A stretch of DNA of 64,000 nt from assembly GCF_003334785.1 (NCBI RefSeq), contig NZ_QOWV01000001.1. One strand, given 5' to 3'. This stretch comes from Escherichia coli. GTDB taxonomy: Bacteria > Pseudomonadota > Gammaproteobacteria > Enterobacterales > Enterobacteriaceae. Each line of letters starts with the position of its first letter. The first letter of the stretch is position 1. The notes under the pieces were generated by a model, which did no database searches, was not told where the DNA came from, and saw only the letters and a list, made by a program, of their open reading frames with translations. This document shows, in pieces, positions 13,595-24,861 of the stretch. Made by a program: the position numbers and the translations under genes.

Positions 13595-14692
13595 GTGATT
13601 AAATTTCTCTCTGCATTAATTCTTCTACTGGTCACGACGGCGGCTCAGGCTGAGCGTATTCGCGATCTCACCAGTGTTCAGGGGGTAAGGCAAAACTCAC
13701 TGATTGGCTATGGTCTGGTGGTGGGGCTGGATGGCACCGGTGACCAGACAACCCAGACGCCGTTTACCACACAAACGCTTAATAACATGCTCTCACAGCT
13801 GGGAATTACCGTTCCGACGGGCACCAATATGCAGCTAAAAAACGTCGCTGCGGTAATGGTGACAGCGTCACTTCCTCCGTTTGGACGTCAGGGGCAAACC
13901 ATCGATGTGGTGGTTTCTTCCATGGGAAATGCCAAAAGCTTGCGTGGAGGTACGTTGTTGATGACACCGCTTAAGGGCGTTGACAGTCAGGTGTATGCGC
14001 TGGCGCAGGGCAATATTCTGGTTGGCGGCGCAGGAGCCTCCGCTGGCGGTAGCAGTGTTCAGGTTAACCAACTGAACGGTGGACGGATCACCAATGGTGC
14101 GGTTATTGAACGTGAATTGCCCAGCCAGTTTGGCGTCGGGAATACCCTTAATTTGCAACTTAACGACGAAGATTTCAGCATGGCGCAGCAAATCGCTGAC
14201 ACCATCAACCGCGTGCGTGGATATGGCAGCGCCACCGCGTTAGATGCGCGGACTATTCAGGTGCGCGTACCGAGTGGCAACAGTTCCCAGGTCCGCTTCC
14301 TTGCCGATATTCAGAATATGCAGGTTAATGTCACCCCGCAGGACGCTAAAGTAGTGATTAACTCGCGCACCGGTTCGGTGGTGATGAATCGCGAAGTGAC
14401 CCTCGACAGCTGCGCGGTAGCGCAGGGGAATCTCTCAGTAACAGTTAATCGTCAGGCCAATGTCAGCCAGCCAGATACACCGTTTGGTGGTGGACAGACT
14501 GTGGTTACTCCACAAACGCAGATCGATTTACGCCAGAGCGGCGGTTCGCTGCAAAGCGTACGTTCCAGCGCCAGCCTCAATAACGTGGTGCGCGCGCTCA
14601 ATGCGCTGGGCGCTACGCCGATGGATCTGATGTCCATACTGCAATCAATGCAAAGTGCGGGATGTCTGCGGGCAAAACTGGAAATCATCTGA
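13595..14692 (+). CDS. flgI: Flagellar P-ring protein FlgI (365 aa, GTG start)
   Basis: Tandem GTG GTG at 13592-13597; starting at the second gives (M)[24 protein letters not shown]..., 365 aa as recalled for FlgI. Confidence 0.9.
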
Positions 14693-15633
14693 TGATCAGC
14701 GACAGCAAACTACTGGCAAGTGCGGCCTGGGATGCGCAATCACTCAACGAACTAAAGGCGAAAGCGGGCGAAGATCCGGCGGCAAATATCCGTCCGGTGG
14801 CCCGTCAGGTGGAAGGGATGTTCGTGCAGATGATGTTGAAAAGCATGCGCGACGCTTTACCAAAAGATGGCCTGTTCAGCAGCGAGCACACTCGCCTGTA
14901 TACCAGTATGTATGACCAGCAGATTGCCCAACAGATGACGGCGGGCAAAGGTCTGGGGCTTGCAGAGATGATGGTTAAACAGATGACGCCAGAACAACCA
15001 TTGCCAGAGGAGTCCACGCCAGCAGCACCGATGAAATTCCCGCTCGAAACTGTGGTGCGTTATCAAAATCAGGCGCTTTCGCAGCTGGTGCAAAAGGCCG
15101 TGCCACGTAACTACGATGATTCGCTGCCGGGTGACAGTAAAGCATTCCTCGCGCAACTCTCGCTGCCCGCCCAACTGGCAAGCCAGCAAAGCGGTGTGCC
15201 ACATCATTTGATCCTCGCTCAGGCGGCACTGGAATCTGGTTGGGGGCAACGGCAAATCCGCCGCGAAAACGGCGAGCCGAGCTATAACCTGTTTGGTGTC
15301 AAAGCCTCTGGCAACTGGAAAGGGCCAGTTACTGAAATCACCACGACTGAATATGAAAACGGCGAAGCGAAGAAAGTAAAAGCGAAGTTTCGCGTCTACA
15401 GCTCGTATCTGGAAGCCTTGTCGGATTACGTTGGGCTGTTAACGCGTAACCCGCGCTACGCCGCCGTGACGACCGCCGCGAGTGCGGAACAGGGGGCGCA
15501 GGCCCTACAGGACGCGGGCTATGCCACCGATCCTCACTATGCCCGCAAACTCACCAACATGATTCAGCAGATGAAATCGATAAGCGACAAGGTGAGCAAA
15601 ACCTACAGTATGAACATTGATAATCTGTTCTGA
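14692..15633 (+). CDS. flgJ: Flagellar rod assembly protein / muramidase FlgJ (313 aa)
   Basis: Start at [22 protein letters not shown] gives 313 aa; the ATG overlaps the flgI stop (TGATG); matches recalled FlgJ. Confidence 0.93.
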   Translation: MISDSKLLASAAWDAQSLNELKAKAGEDPAANIRPVARQVEGMFVQMMLKSMRDALPKDGLFSSEHTRLYTSMYDQQIAQQMTAGKGLGLAEMMVKQMTPEQPLPEESTPAAPMKFPLETVVRYQNQALSQLVQKAVPRNYDDSLPGDSKAFLAQLSLPAQLASQQSGVPHHLILAQAALESGWGQRQIRRENGEPSYNLFGVKASGNWKGPVTEITTTEYENGEAKKVKAKFRVYSSYLEALSDYVGLLTRNPRYAAVTTAASAEQGAQALQDAGYATDPHYARKLTNMIQQMKSISDKVSKTYSMNIDNLF

Positions 15634-15638
15634 ATAAC

Positions 15639-15665
15639 TCAAGTCCGGCGGGTCGCTGCCGATAA
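15639..15665 (+). promoter_or_regulatory. Candidate sigma-28 class 3 promoter for flgKL
   Basis: TCAAGTCC-N11-GCCGATAA: perfect sigma-28 -10 element, 5/8 match in the -35, correct 11-bp spacing; about 34 nt upstream of the flgK ATG. Confidence 0.55.
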
Positions 15666-15698
15666 TACTCTGTAATTGAAGGCTTATAAGGAACCTCC

Positions 15699-17342
15699 AT
15701 GTCCAGCTTGATTAATAACGCCATGAGCGGACTGAACGCGGCCCAGGCGGCGTTAAATACGGCAAGTAATAATATCTCCAGCTATAACGTTGCCGGATAT
15801 ACCCGCCAAACCACTATTATGGCGCAGGCCAATAGCACGTTGGGCGCTGGCGGCTGGGTTGGCAATGGTGTCTACGTTTCTGGTGTGCAGCGTGAGTATG
15901 ATGCGTTTATTACCAACCAGTTACGTGCGGCGCAGACGCAAAGTAGCGGTCTGACTGCCCGCTATGAGCAGATGTCGAAAATCGACAATATGCTCTCCAC
16001 CAGTACCTCTTCGCTGGCAACACAGATGCAGGATTTCTTCACCAGCCTGCAAACGCTGGTGAGTAACGCGGAAGACCCGGCAGCGCGCCAGGCGCTGATT
16101 GGGAAATCAGAAGGATTGGTGAATCAGTTTAAAACCACCGATCAATATCTGCGCGACCAGGACAAACAGGTCAATATCGCGATAGGTGCCAGCGTTGATC
16201 AGATCAACAACTACGCTAAACAAATTGCCAGCCTGAACGATCAAATCTCGCGCCTGACAGGCGTGGGGGCAGGGGCGTCACCTAACAATCTGCTGGATCA
16301 ACGCGATCAACTGGTGAGCGAATTAAACCAGATTGTTGGTGTAGAAGTCAGCGTTCAGGATGGCGGCACTTATAACATCACGATGGCCAATGGTTACTCA
16401 CTGGTTCAGGGAAGTACGGCGCGGCAACTGGCGGCAGTTCCTTCCAGCGCTGACCCTTCTCGTACGACTGTCGCTTATGTTGATGGGACGGCAGGCAATA
16501 TTGAGATCCCGGAGAAATTACTGAATACCGGGTCGCTGGGCGGCATTCTGACATTCCGTTCTCAGGATCTGGACCAGACGCGTAATACGCTTGGACAACT
16601 GGCGCTGGCATTTGCCGAGGCTTTCAACACCCAACACAAAGCCGGATTTGATGCTAACGGCGATGCCGGTGAAGATTTCTTTGCTATCGGTAAGCCCGCG
16701 GTTCTGCAAAACACGAAAAACAAAGGTGACGTTGCGATCGGTGCCACGGTAACTGATGCCTCCGCGGTACTGGCGACAGATTACAAAATCTCGTTCGATA
16801 ATAATCAGTGGCAGGTCACCCGCCTTGCCAGCAATACCACTTTTACGGTGACGCCGGATGCCAACGGTAAAGTGGCATTTGATGGTCTGGAGTTGACGTT
16901 TACAGGAACGCCTGCCGTTAACGACAGCTTCACGCTGAAACCAGTAAGTGACGCCATCGTCAACATGGATGTATTAATCACCGACGAAGCGAAAATAGCG
17001 ATGGCGAGCGAAGAAGATGCGGGTGATAGCGATAACCGCAACGGTCAGGCCCTGCTGGATCTGCAAAGCAACAGTAAAACGGTGGGCGGTGCGAAATCCT
17101 TTAACGACGCTTATGCCTCGTTAGTGAGTGATATCGGTAATAAAACCGCGACGTTGAAAACCAGTAGCGCCACGCAAGGTAATGTGGTGACGCAGCTTTC
17201 CAATCAGCAGCAGTCGATTTCCGGTGTCAATCTCGATGAGGAGTACGGAAATCTGCAACGTTTTCAGCAGTATTACCTGGCGAATGCGCAGGTTCTGCAG
17301 ACGGCAAACGCGATTTTTGATGCGCTGATTAACATTCGCTAA
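15699..17342 (+). CDS. flgK: Flagellar hook-associated protein 1, FlgK (547 aa)
   Basis: MSSLINNAMSGLNAAQAALNTASNNISSYNVAGYTRQTTI...; matches recalled FlgK. Confidence 0.95.
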   Translation: MSSLINNAMSGLNAAQAALNTASNNISSYNVAGYTRQTTIMAQANSTLGAGGWVGNGVYVSGVQREYDAFITNQLRAAQTQSSGLTARYEQMSKIDNMLSTSTSSLATQMQDFFTSLQTLVSNAEDPAARQALIGKSEGLVNQFKTTDQYLRDQDKQVNIAIGASVDQINNYAKQIASLNDQISRLTGVGAGASPNNLLDQRDQLVSELNQIVGVEVSVQDGGTYNITMANGYSLVQGSTARQLAAVPSSADPSRTTVAYVDGTAGNIEIPEKLLNTGSLGGILTFRSQDLDQTRNTLGQLALAFAEAFNTQHKAGFDANGDAGEDFFAIGKPAVLQNTKNKGDVAIGATVTDASAVLATDYKISFDNNQWQVTRLASNTTFTVTPDANGKVAFDGLELTFTGTPAVNDSFTLKPVSDAIVNMDVLITDEAKIAMASEEDAGDSDNRNGQALLDLQSNSKTVGGAKSFNDAYASLVSDIGNKTATLKTSSATQGNVVTQLSNQQQSISGVNLDEEYGNLQRFQQYYLANAQVLQTANAIFDALINIR

Positions 17343-17353
17343 GGGGAGATAAG

Positions 17354-18307
17354 ATGCGTTTCAGTACACAGATGATGTACCAGCAAAACATGCGTGGTAT
17401 CACCAATTCTCAGGCAGAATGGATGAAGTACGGCGAACAGATGTCGACGGGTAAGCGAGTCGTTAACCCTTCTGACGATCCCATTGCTGCATCACAAGCC
17501 GTAGTTCTCTCCCAGGCACAGGCGCAAAACAGCCAGTACACGCTGGCGCGTACTTTCGCCACTCAAAAAGTGTCACTGGAAGAGAGTGTACTTAGCCAGG
17601 TCACCACTGCTATCCAGAATGCTCAGGAAAAAATTGTCTACGCCAGCAATGGCACCTTGAGTGACGATGACCGGGCCTCGCTGGCTACGGATATTCAGGG
17701 GCTTCGTGACCAGTTGCTGAATCTGGCAAACACCACTGACGGTAACGGGCGCTACATTTTTGCCGGTTATAAAACAGAGACTGCGCCGTTTAGCGAAGAG
17801 AAAGGGAAATACGTCGGTGGAGCAGAAAGTATTAAACAACAGGTCGATGCTTCGCGTTCGATGGTGATAGGGCACACGGGTGACAAAATTTTCGACAGTA
17901 TTACCAGCAACGCGGTAGCGGAACCAGACGGTAGCGCTTCTGAAACCAATCTTTTTGCCATGCTGGATAGTGCCATCGCAGCCCTGAAAACGCCGGTCGC
18001 GGATAGCGAAGCGGATAAAGAAACCGCCGCTGCGGCGTTAGATAAAACCAACCGCGGACTGAAAAACTCGCTGAACAATGTGCTGACTGTTCGCGCGGAA
18101 TTAGGCACGCAGCTGAACGAACTGGAGTCGCTGGATTCATTAGGTAGCGATCGCGCTTTAGGGCAAACGCAGCAGATGAGCGATCTGGTTGATGTGGACT
18201 GGAATGCAACTATTTCATCTTACATCATGCAGCAAACGGCATTGCAGGCATCGTATAAAGCATTTACCGATATGCAGGGATTGTCGCTCTTCCAGCTCAG
18301 CAAATAA
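17354..18307 (+). CDS. flgL: Flagellar hook-associated protein 3, FlgL (317 aa)
   Basis: MRFSTQMMYQQNMRGITNSQAEWMKYGEQMSTGKRVVNPSDDP...; matches recalled FlgL. Confidence 0.95.
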   Translation: MRFSTQMMYQQNMRGITNSQAEWMKYGEQMSTGKRVVNPSDDPIAASQAVVLSQAQAQNSQYTLARTFATQKVSLEESVLSQVTTAIQNAQEKIVYASNGTLSDDDRASLATDIQGLRDQLLNLANTTDGNGRYIFAGYKTETAPFSEEKGKYVGGAESIKQQVDASRSMVIGHTGDKIFDSITSNAVAEPDGSASETNLFAMLDSAIAALKTPVADSEADKETAAAALDKTNRGLKNSLNNVLTVRAELGTQLNELESLDSLGSDRALGQTQQMSDLVDVDWNATISSYIMQQTALQASYKAFTDMQGLSLFQLSK

Positions 18308-18452
18308 TTTCGCTTTAAAACATATCATGAAACTGGGTATGTTTTGTCTGCCTGCTCTGGGATCGCTGGGGCGGGCATTTTTTTGCCTATTTTGCATTGT
18401 TGGTTAGCAAGGATGCCATTCGATGAATTTTAATATGTTGATTCAAAGATGA

Positions 18453-18481
18453 AATAAAAAAGCCCTGGCAGTTACCAGGGC
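18453..18481 (-). terminator. Rho-independent terminator of rne (hairpin also positioned to end the convergent flgL transcript)
   Basis: Hairpin GCCCTGG-CAGTTA-CCAGGGC (18462-18481); the minus strand continues into TTTTTTATTT, 22 nt after the rne stop. On the plus strand the hairpin is followed by a weaker T-rich tract (TTGATTACTTT). Confidence 0.75.
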
Positions 18482-18502
18482 TTGATTACTTTGAGCTAAT
18501 TA

Positions 18503-21500
18503 TTACTCAACAGGTTGCGGACGCGCAGGAGCGGCAGAGGCATGATGTGTTGCCGTATGACCACCTGCGGCACCTTTACCTTCGAAGGCAAAAGTAGGGC
18601 GCTGCCAGTCACTGTGACGCGGTGCCTCCGGAACATATTCCGGTGCTGGAGCGCGCGTCATTGGCGCGGTAGCGTGGTTATGCTCAACGGTGACCTCAGG
18701 TTCGACCGCAGCTACCGTTTCAACTTCTGCTGCGACTTCAGCGACTACTGGCGCGGCAGGTTGAGCAACAACTTCAGGTTCAGCAACTACAACCTCAGCA
18801 GTTTCGACAACTTCTTCAATATCTGCCGTCTCTTCCTGCGGTTCAACCACCGGTTCTGCTTGTTCTGCAACTTCCTGGGCTACGGCAACATCAGACTCGG
18901 TAATCACCTGCGGCTGTTCAGTTACCGCGGCAGCGATCACTTCAGGATGCGTCGTTTCAACCACTTCCGGTTGCGGTTCGGCAACCTGAACGGGGGCTTC
19001 TACGACACCGGCCACTTCTTCAACAACTGGCGCGCTAACAACCGGTTCGATAGCGGCGGCGACAGGGACCTCAGTCACCATCGGCTGCACATGTACTTCT
19101 TCCTGTTCGCGCTGCTCTTCAACCTGTACATCTTGCGGACGTACAATTGGATAGCGGATCCAGACTTTGCCAGAGGCCAGTTCCGGAGACGCGCACGCTA
19201 CGGTCAACGGCATTGGCGACTGGGTTGGATAACGCTCGTCACGATAGCGACGACGACGCTGACCACTTACGCGCAGGTGACGAGGCGAGCGGCGAGAACG
19301 ACGCGGCATGCCACCGTTGTCACGGTTATCAGCATTGTTCTCTTCTTGCTGTTCTGGTGCAGTTTGCGCTACGACTGGCAGCGGGACTTTCACCAGTTCT
19401 GTGCGTGGAGCTGGCGCTTCCTGAACAATTGGTTCGGCAGCGACAGTTTCTTCAACCACCGGTGCGACTACCGCTTCTTCGGCTACGCTTTGCTCGTAAC
19501 GCACTTTCTGATTGAGCTGACGCTGTTTACGACGCGGCTGAACCGGACGTACACGTTCTTCCTGTTCGGTTTCCTGAACAGATTGCTCTTCAACATTCAG
19601 CGCCTTCGCTTCTTGTTGCGCCTGACGTTTATCATCATTACGGCGGCGGCTACGTTCACGACGCGGCGCTTGCTGCTCGTCGGCGGTACGCGCTTTTTCC
19701 GTTACCTCAGCCTGCTGACGGCTCTCACGCGTCTCGGCAGTCTGCTGCTGTGCCTGGCGACGATTACGACGGTTTTCTTCGCGATTATCGCTGCCTTCAG
19801 TACGTTCACTACGGGTGTCGCGGCGCTCATTACGGTCACGGCGGTTGTTCTGACGAGGCTTGCGACGATCCTGTTGACGTTCCGGTTTCGCTTCTGCTTT
19901 CGGTGCTGGTTGCTCGGTCGGTTTGGTTTCTTCACCACCGCTGAACAGCGCTTTCAGTGCGCCGAAGAAGCGGCTCAACAGCCCAGGTTGTGCAGGAGCT
20001 GCTGGTGTTGCCGGTGCAGCTTTCGGTGCTGGAGCTACAACAGGCGCGGCAGGTTCAGCTGGCGTTGGCGCAGGCGGCACATCCGGCATGGCAAAGGTTG
20101 CCAGCGCAGGTTGTTCCGGACGCTTACGTTCAGCGAACTCTTCTTCAGACGGCAGCGCCATCGCTTCTTCATGCAGCTTCGGCAGCATGTAGCTTAAGGT
20201 TGGGGTTTCTTCCCCTTTACGCACGCGCAGCACGTGGTAGTGCGGGGTTTCCATCTGATCGTTTGGCACAATTACACAGCGCACACCGTCCTGACGAGTT
20301 TCAATGGCATTTACCGCAGAACGTTTTTCATTCAGCAGGTAAGAAGCGATTGGCACAGGAACAATGGCGTGAACTTCCTGGGTGTTCTCTTTCAGCGCTT
20401 CTTCTTCGATCAGACGCAGAATAGAGAGCGACAGCGATTCGTTGTCACGCACGGTGCCAGTACCAGAACAACGCGGACAAACGTGATGACTGGATTCACC
20501 CAGTGATGGGCTCAGGCGCTGACGGGACATTTCCAGCAGGCCAAAGCGAGAAATATGGCTGATTTGAATACGCGCACGGTCCTGACGCACCGCTTCACGC
20601 AGACGGTTTTCTACCGCACGCTGGTGGCGTACTGGCGTCATGTCGATGAAGTCGATAACAATCAGGCCGCCGAGGTCACGCAGGCGCAGCTGACGAGCAA
20701 TCTCATCGGCAGCTTCGAGGTTAGTGTTAAACGCGGTTTCTTCGATATCGCCGCCGCGGGTCGCGCGTGCGGAGTTGATGTCGATGGCCGTTAACGCTTC
20801 GGTGCTGTCGATAACAATGGAACCACCAGACGGCAGACGAACTTCACGCTGGAAGGCGGACTCGATCTGTGACTCGATCTGGTAGTGGCTGAACAGCGGG
20901 ATCTCGCCGGTGTACAGTTTGATTTTGCTGCTGAAATCCGGGCGACCTAATGCAGCGATATGCTGACGTGCCAGTTCGAGCACTTTCGGGTTATCGATAA
21001 GGATTTCGCCGATGTCCTGACGTAAGTAATCGCGGAATGCGCGAACGATTACGTTGCTCTCCTGATGAATCAGGAACGGGGCCGGGCGGCTTTCAGCGGC
21101 TTTTTTGATGGCTTCCCAGTGTTTCAGACGGAAGCTTAAATCCCATTGCAGCGCCTCAGCAGATTTGCCGACGCCAGCGGTGCGCACGATAAGCCCCATG
21201 CCTTCCGGCAGTTCAAGGCTTGCCAGTGCTTCTTTTAATTCGGTACGGTCGTCGCCTTCGATACGGCGAGAAATGCCACCCGCGCGCGGGTTGTTCGGCA
21301 TCAGAACCAGATAGCTACCCGCCAGACTGATAAAGGTGGTTAATGCCGCGCCTTTGTTGCCGCGCTCTTCTTTATCGATCTGAACAATGACTTCCTGACC
21401 TTCACGCAACACATCTTTAATGTTGGGACGACCATGAGCACTGTAGTTAGCAGGGAAATATTCGCGGGCAATTTCTTTTAGTGGGAGGAAACCGTGACGT

Positions 21501-21688
21501 TCAGCGCCGTAATCAACAAAAGCAGCTTCCAGACTCGGTTCAATGCGGGTGATTTTACCTTTGTAGATGTTTGCCTTTTTCTGCTCGTGCCCTGGACTTT
21601 CGATATCCAGGTCATACAGACGCTGCCCATCTACAAGGGCAACGCGCAACTCTTCCTGCTGAGTTGCGTTGATTAACATTCTTTTCAT
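18503..21688 (-). CDS. rne: Ribonuclease E (1061 aa)
   Basis: [61 protein letters not shown]... (S1 and catalytic domains), followed by an Arg-rich and then acidic/Pro-rich low-complexity C-terminal half; 1061 aa as recalled for RNase E. Confidence 0.97.
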   Translation of the reverse strand: MKRMLINATQQEELRVALVDGQRLYDLDIESPGHEQKKANIYKGKITRIEPSLEAAFVDYGAERHGFLPLKEIAREYFPANYSAHGRPNIKDVLREGQEVIVQIDKEERGNKGAALTTFISLAGSYLVLMPNNPRAGGISRRIEGDDRTELKEALASLELPEGMGLIVRTAGVGKSAEALQWDLSFRLKHWEAIKKAAESRPAPFLIHQESNVIVRAFRDYLRQDIGEILIDNPKVLELARQHIAALGRPDFSSKIKLYTGEIPLFSHYQIESQIESAFQREVRLPSGGSIVIDSTEALTAIDINSARATRGGDIEETAFNTNLEAADEIARQLRLRDLGGLIVIDFIDMTPVRHQRAVENRLREAVRQDRARIQISHISRFGLLEMSRQRLSPSLGESSHHVCPRCSGTGTVRDNESLSLSILRLIEEEALKENTQEVHAIVPVPIASYLLNEKRSAVNAIETRQDGVRCVIVPNDQMETPHYHVLRVRKGEETPTLSYMLPKLHEEAMALPSEEEFAERKRPEQPALATFAMPDVPPAPTPAEPAAPVVAPAPKAAPATPAAPAQPGLLSRFFGALKALFSGGEETKPTEQPAPKAEAKPERQQDRRKPRQNNRRDRNERRDTRSERTEGSDNREENRRNRRQAQQQTAETRESRQQAEVTEKARTADEQQAPRRERSRRRNDDKRQAQQEAKALNVEEQSVQETEQEERVRPVQPRRKQRQLNQKVRYEQSVAEEAVVAPVVEETVAAEPIVQEAPAPRTELVKVPLPVVAQTAPEQQEENNADNRDNGGMPRRSRRSPRHLRVSGQRRRRYRDERYPTQSPMPLTVACASPELASGKVWIRYPIVRPQDVQVEEQREQEEVHVQPMVTEVPVAAAIEPVVSAPVVEEVAGVVEAPVQVAEPQPEVVETTHPEVIAAAVTEQPQVITESDVAVAQEVAEQAEPVVEPQEETADIEEVVETAEVVVAEPEVVAQPAAPVVAEVAAEVETVAAVEPEVTVEHNHATAPMTRAPAPEYVPEAPRHSDWQRPTFAFEGKGAAGGHTATHHASAAPARPQPVE

Positions 21689-22050
21689 CGTAACTTACTC
21701 ATTATTCTTACATTGACGACTAAGCTGCGGGCAAAGTAACGCCTTTCCGGGTGTGAACCGATGGCCTCGTGTCTAGTCGCGTCGCCAACCTCACGGTTAT
21801 CGTCAGCTCAAAGAGGCGCAGAGTGTCGGTTGCCCGTTTTTCATGCGGAAAAACAGCGCAATTATCAAAGAAACAGACTGGGTATTACTCTCCAGAAATA
21901 TTTCCATCTACCGGTAAGGACTGCAACCCGCAGCCCGCTAACTGCCTGAAAGATCAATACGTCTTACGCCATTGCTGCGTGGATGATCGGTCGGGCAAAA
22001 TGGGTTATTCCGTAAAATTTCTTGTTTTAACAAGGATGGACACGGAAACG
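21689..22050 (-). promoter_or_regulatory. rne long 5' untranslated leader (autoregulatory region)
   Basis: 572-bp non-coding gap upstream of rne. That rne has a leader of roughly 360 nt whose stem-loops mediate RNase E autoregulation is established knowledge; boundaries here are approximate and structures were not folded. Confidence 0.55.
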
Positions 22051-22260
22051 GCCTCATTATTCCACTGCAAGCCTTGTTATAGCAAGATGACTTTTACCAT
22101 TTATCACCCGCTTACTCACAGTTTTTTCACTTCTTGCTGGTGATTGGTTTAATAACCATCAATAAAGTGATCACGCAGTGAAGTAATAAGGTGCAAAAGT
22201 AAATATAAGCATAGAAAAATGAGTGGCGCGAATCCTGTTGGCTAATTAGAATCGCCAACC

Positions 22261-23220
22261 ATGAAAACAGAGACTCCATCCGTAAAAATTGTTGCTATCA
22301 CCGCTGACGAAGCGGGGCAACGTATCGATAACTTTTTGCGTACCCAATTGAAAGGCGTACCAAAAAGTATGATTTACCGTATTTTGCGTAAAGGCGAAGT
22401 GCGGGTGAACAAAAAACGTATTAAGCCTGAATATAAACTCGAAGCGGGTGATGAGGTGCGTATTCCACCGGTTCGCGTTGCTGAGCGGGAAGAAGAGGCG
22501 GTTTCGCCACATCTGCAAAAGGTGGCGGCGCTGGCGGACGTCATCTTATATGAAGATGATCACATCCTGGTGCTGAATAAACCTTCCGGTACGGCGGTAC
22601 ATGGCGGCAGTGGTTTAAGCTTCGGCGTTATTGAAGGTTTGCGGGCGTTGCGCCCGGAAGCGCGGTTCCTTGAACTGGTTCATCGTCTTGACCGGGACAC
22701 CTCAGGTGTTTTGCTGGTAGCGAAAAAACGCTCGGCGTTGCGTTCTCTGCATGAGCAATTACGTGAAAAAGGGATGCAAAAAGATTACCTGGCGCTGGTG
22801 CGCGGTCAGTGGCAGTCGCATGTGAAGAGCGTTCAAGCACCGTTACTGAAAAATATTCTGCAAAGCGGCGAACGTATCGTGCGTGTGAGTCAGGAAGGCA
22901 AACCGTCGGAAACACGCTTTAAAGTGGAAGAACGCTATGCATTTGCCACCCTGGTGCGTTGTAGCCCGGTAACAGGGCGTACTCACCAGATCCGTGTGCA
23001 TACACAATATGCGGGTCATCCGATTGCCTTTGACGATCGCTACGGTGACCGTGAATTTGACAGGCAGCTCACTGAAGCAGGCACGGGATTAAATCGCCTG
23101 TTCCTGCACGCTGCAGCGTTGAAGTTTACTCATCCGGGGACCGGTGAGGTGATGCGTATCGAAGCTCCGATGGATGAAGGTTTGAAGCGTTGTTTGCAAA
23201 AGCTGCGTAACGCGCGCTAA
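22261..23220 (+). CDS. rluC: 23S rRNA pseudouridine synthase RluC (319 aa)
   Basis: MKTETPSVKIVAITADEAGQRIDNFLRTQLKGVPKSMIYRILRKGEVRVN... (S4 domain + RluA-family core); matches recalled RluC. Confidence 0.95.
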   Translation: MKTETPSVKIVAITADEAGQRIDNFLRTQLKGVPKSMIYRILRKGEVRVNKKRIKPEYKLEAGDEVRIPPVRVAEREEEAVSPHLQKVAALADVILYEDDHILVLNKPSGTAVHGGSGLSFGVIEGLRALRPEARFLELVHRLDRDTSGVLLVAKKRSALRSLHEQLREKGMQKDYLALVRGQWQSHVKSVQAPLLKNILQSGERIVRVSQEGKPSETRFKVEERYAFATLVRCSPVTGRTHQIRVHTQYAGHPIAFDDRYGDREFDRQLTEAGTGLNRLFLHAAALKFTHPGTGEVMRIEAPMDEGLKRCLQKLRNAR

Positions 23221-23249
23221 TACAAGCATATAAACCTGATAATGGGCGG

Positions 23250-23326
23250 TTGGCCTGATAAGGCGTTTACGCCGCATCAGGCCGCCAGCACCGATTGCCG
23301 GATGCGACGTAACCACATCCGGCGCA
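23250..23326. repeat. REP/BIME cluster downstream of rluC
   Basis: GGCCTGATAAGGCGTTTACGCCGCATCAGGC followed by an oppositely oriented GCCGGATGCGACGTAACCACATCCGGCGC: two REP-type palindromes. Confidence 0.7.
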
Positions 23327-23331
23327 AAAAA

Positions 23332-23916
23332 CTATCCCATCAGCGGGTTTTTCCCTTCCCGACGTAACATCTGACACAGCGCGATTAGCGGTAAACCAAC
23401 CAGCGTGTTAGGATCACGCCCCTCTAAACGCTCAAACAGCGTAATGCCAAATCCTTCACTCTTAAAGCTACCCGCGCAGTGCAGGGGATGCTCTTTACGC
23501 ACGTAATTATCAATCTCCGCCTCGCTCAGGTGACGGAAATGGACGTCAAAAGGCTCCACTTCTGTTTGCAGATGCCCATTCGCCGAATTAAACAACGCCA
23601 GTCCAGTATAGAAGGTGACGATATTGCCGCTGGCTTTGCGTAATTGCAGACGGGCATTTTCTTCCGTTAACGGTTTACCGGTGATTTCGCCATCAAGAAC
23701 ACATACCTGGTCTGAACCAATAATTAAATGATCCGGATAACGTGACGCCAGAGATTGCGCTTTTTCTTGTGCCAGTCGAAGCACCAACTGTCGCGGTGAT
23801 TCGTCGCTGCGTGGGGTTTCGTCGACCTCTGGTGCTGCACATTCAAAAGAGATTTGCAGTTTTTCCAGAAGAGCGCGACGCCATGGCGAGGTGGAGGCTA
23901 AAATAAGTTTAGGCAT
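23332..23916 (-). CDS. yceF: Maf-like nucleotide pyrophosphatase YceF (194 aa)
   Basis: Start at [35 protein letters not shown] gives 194 aa; Maf family; matches recalled YceF. Confidence 0.9.
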
Positions 23917-24102
23917 ATTTTTTTCCATCAGATATAGCGTATTGATGATAGCCATTTTAAACTATGCGCTTCGTTTTGCAGGTTGATGTTTGTTATCAGC
24001 ACTGAACGAAAATAAAGCAGTAACCCGCAATGTGTGCGAATTATTGGCAAAAGGCAACCACAGGCTGCCTTTTTCTTTGACTCTATGACGTTACAAAGTT
24101 AA

Positions 24103-24636
<534 letters not shown>

Positions 24637-24675
24637 TTGGTGCTCCCCGTTGGATCGGGGATAAACCGTAATTGA

Positions 24676-24861
<186 letters not shown>

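Noticed and set aside
18515-20197. 560-aa ORF on the plus strand
   Set aside because: Entirely antisense to the low-complexity 3' half of rne; the product is Arg/Phe/Leu-rich nonsense with no start context. It is an artefact of repetitive codon composition.
21769-22143. 124-aa plus-strand ORF between rne and rluC (position of the historical yceQ annotation)
   Set aside because: Overlaps the rne leader on the opposite strand, lacks a convincing ribosome-binding site and has non-protein-like composition; kept only as a question in the findings.
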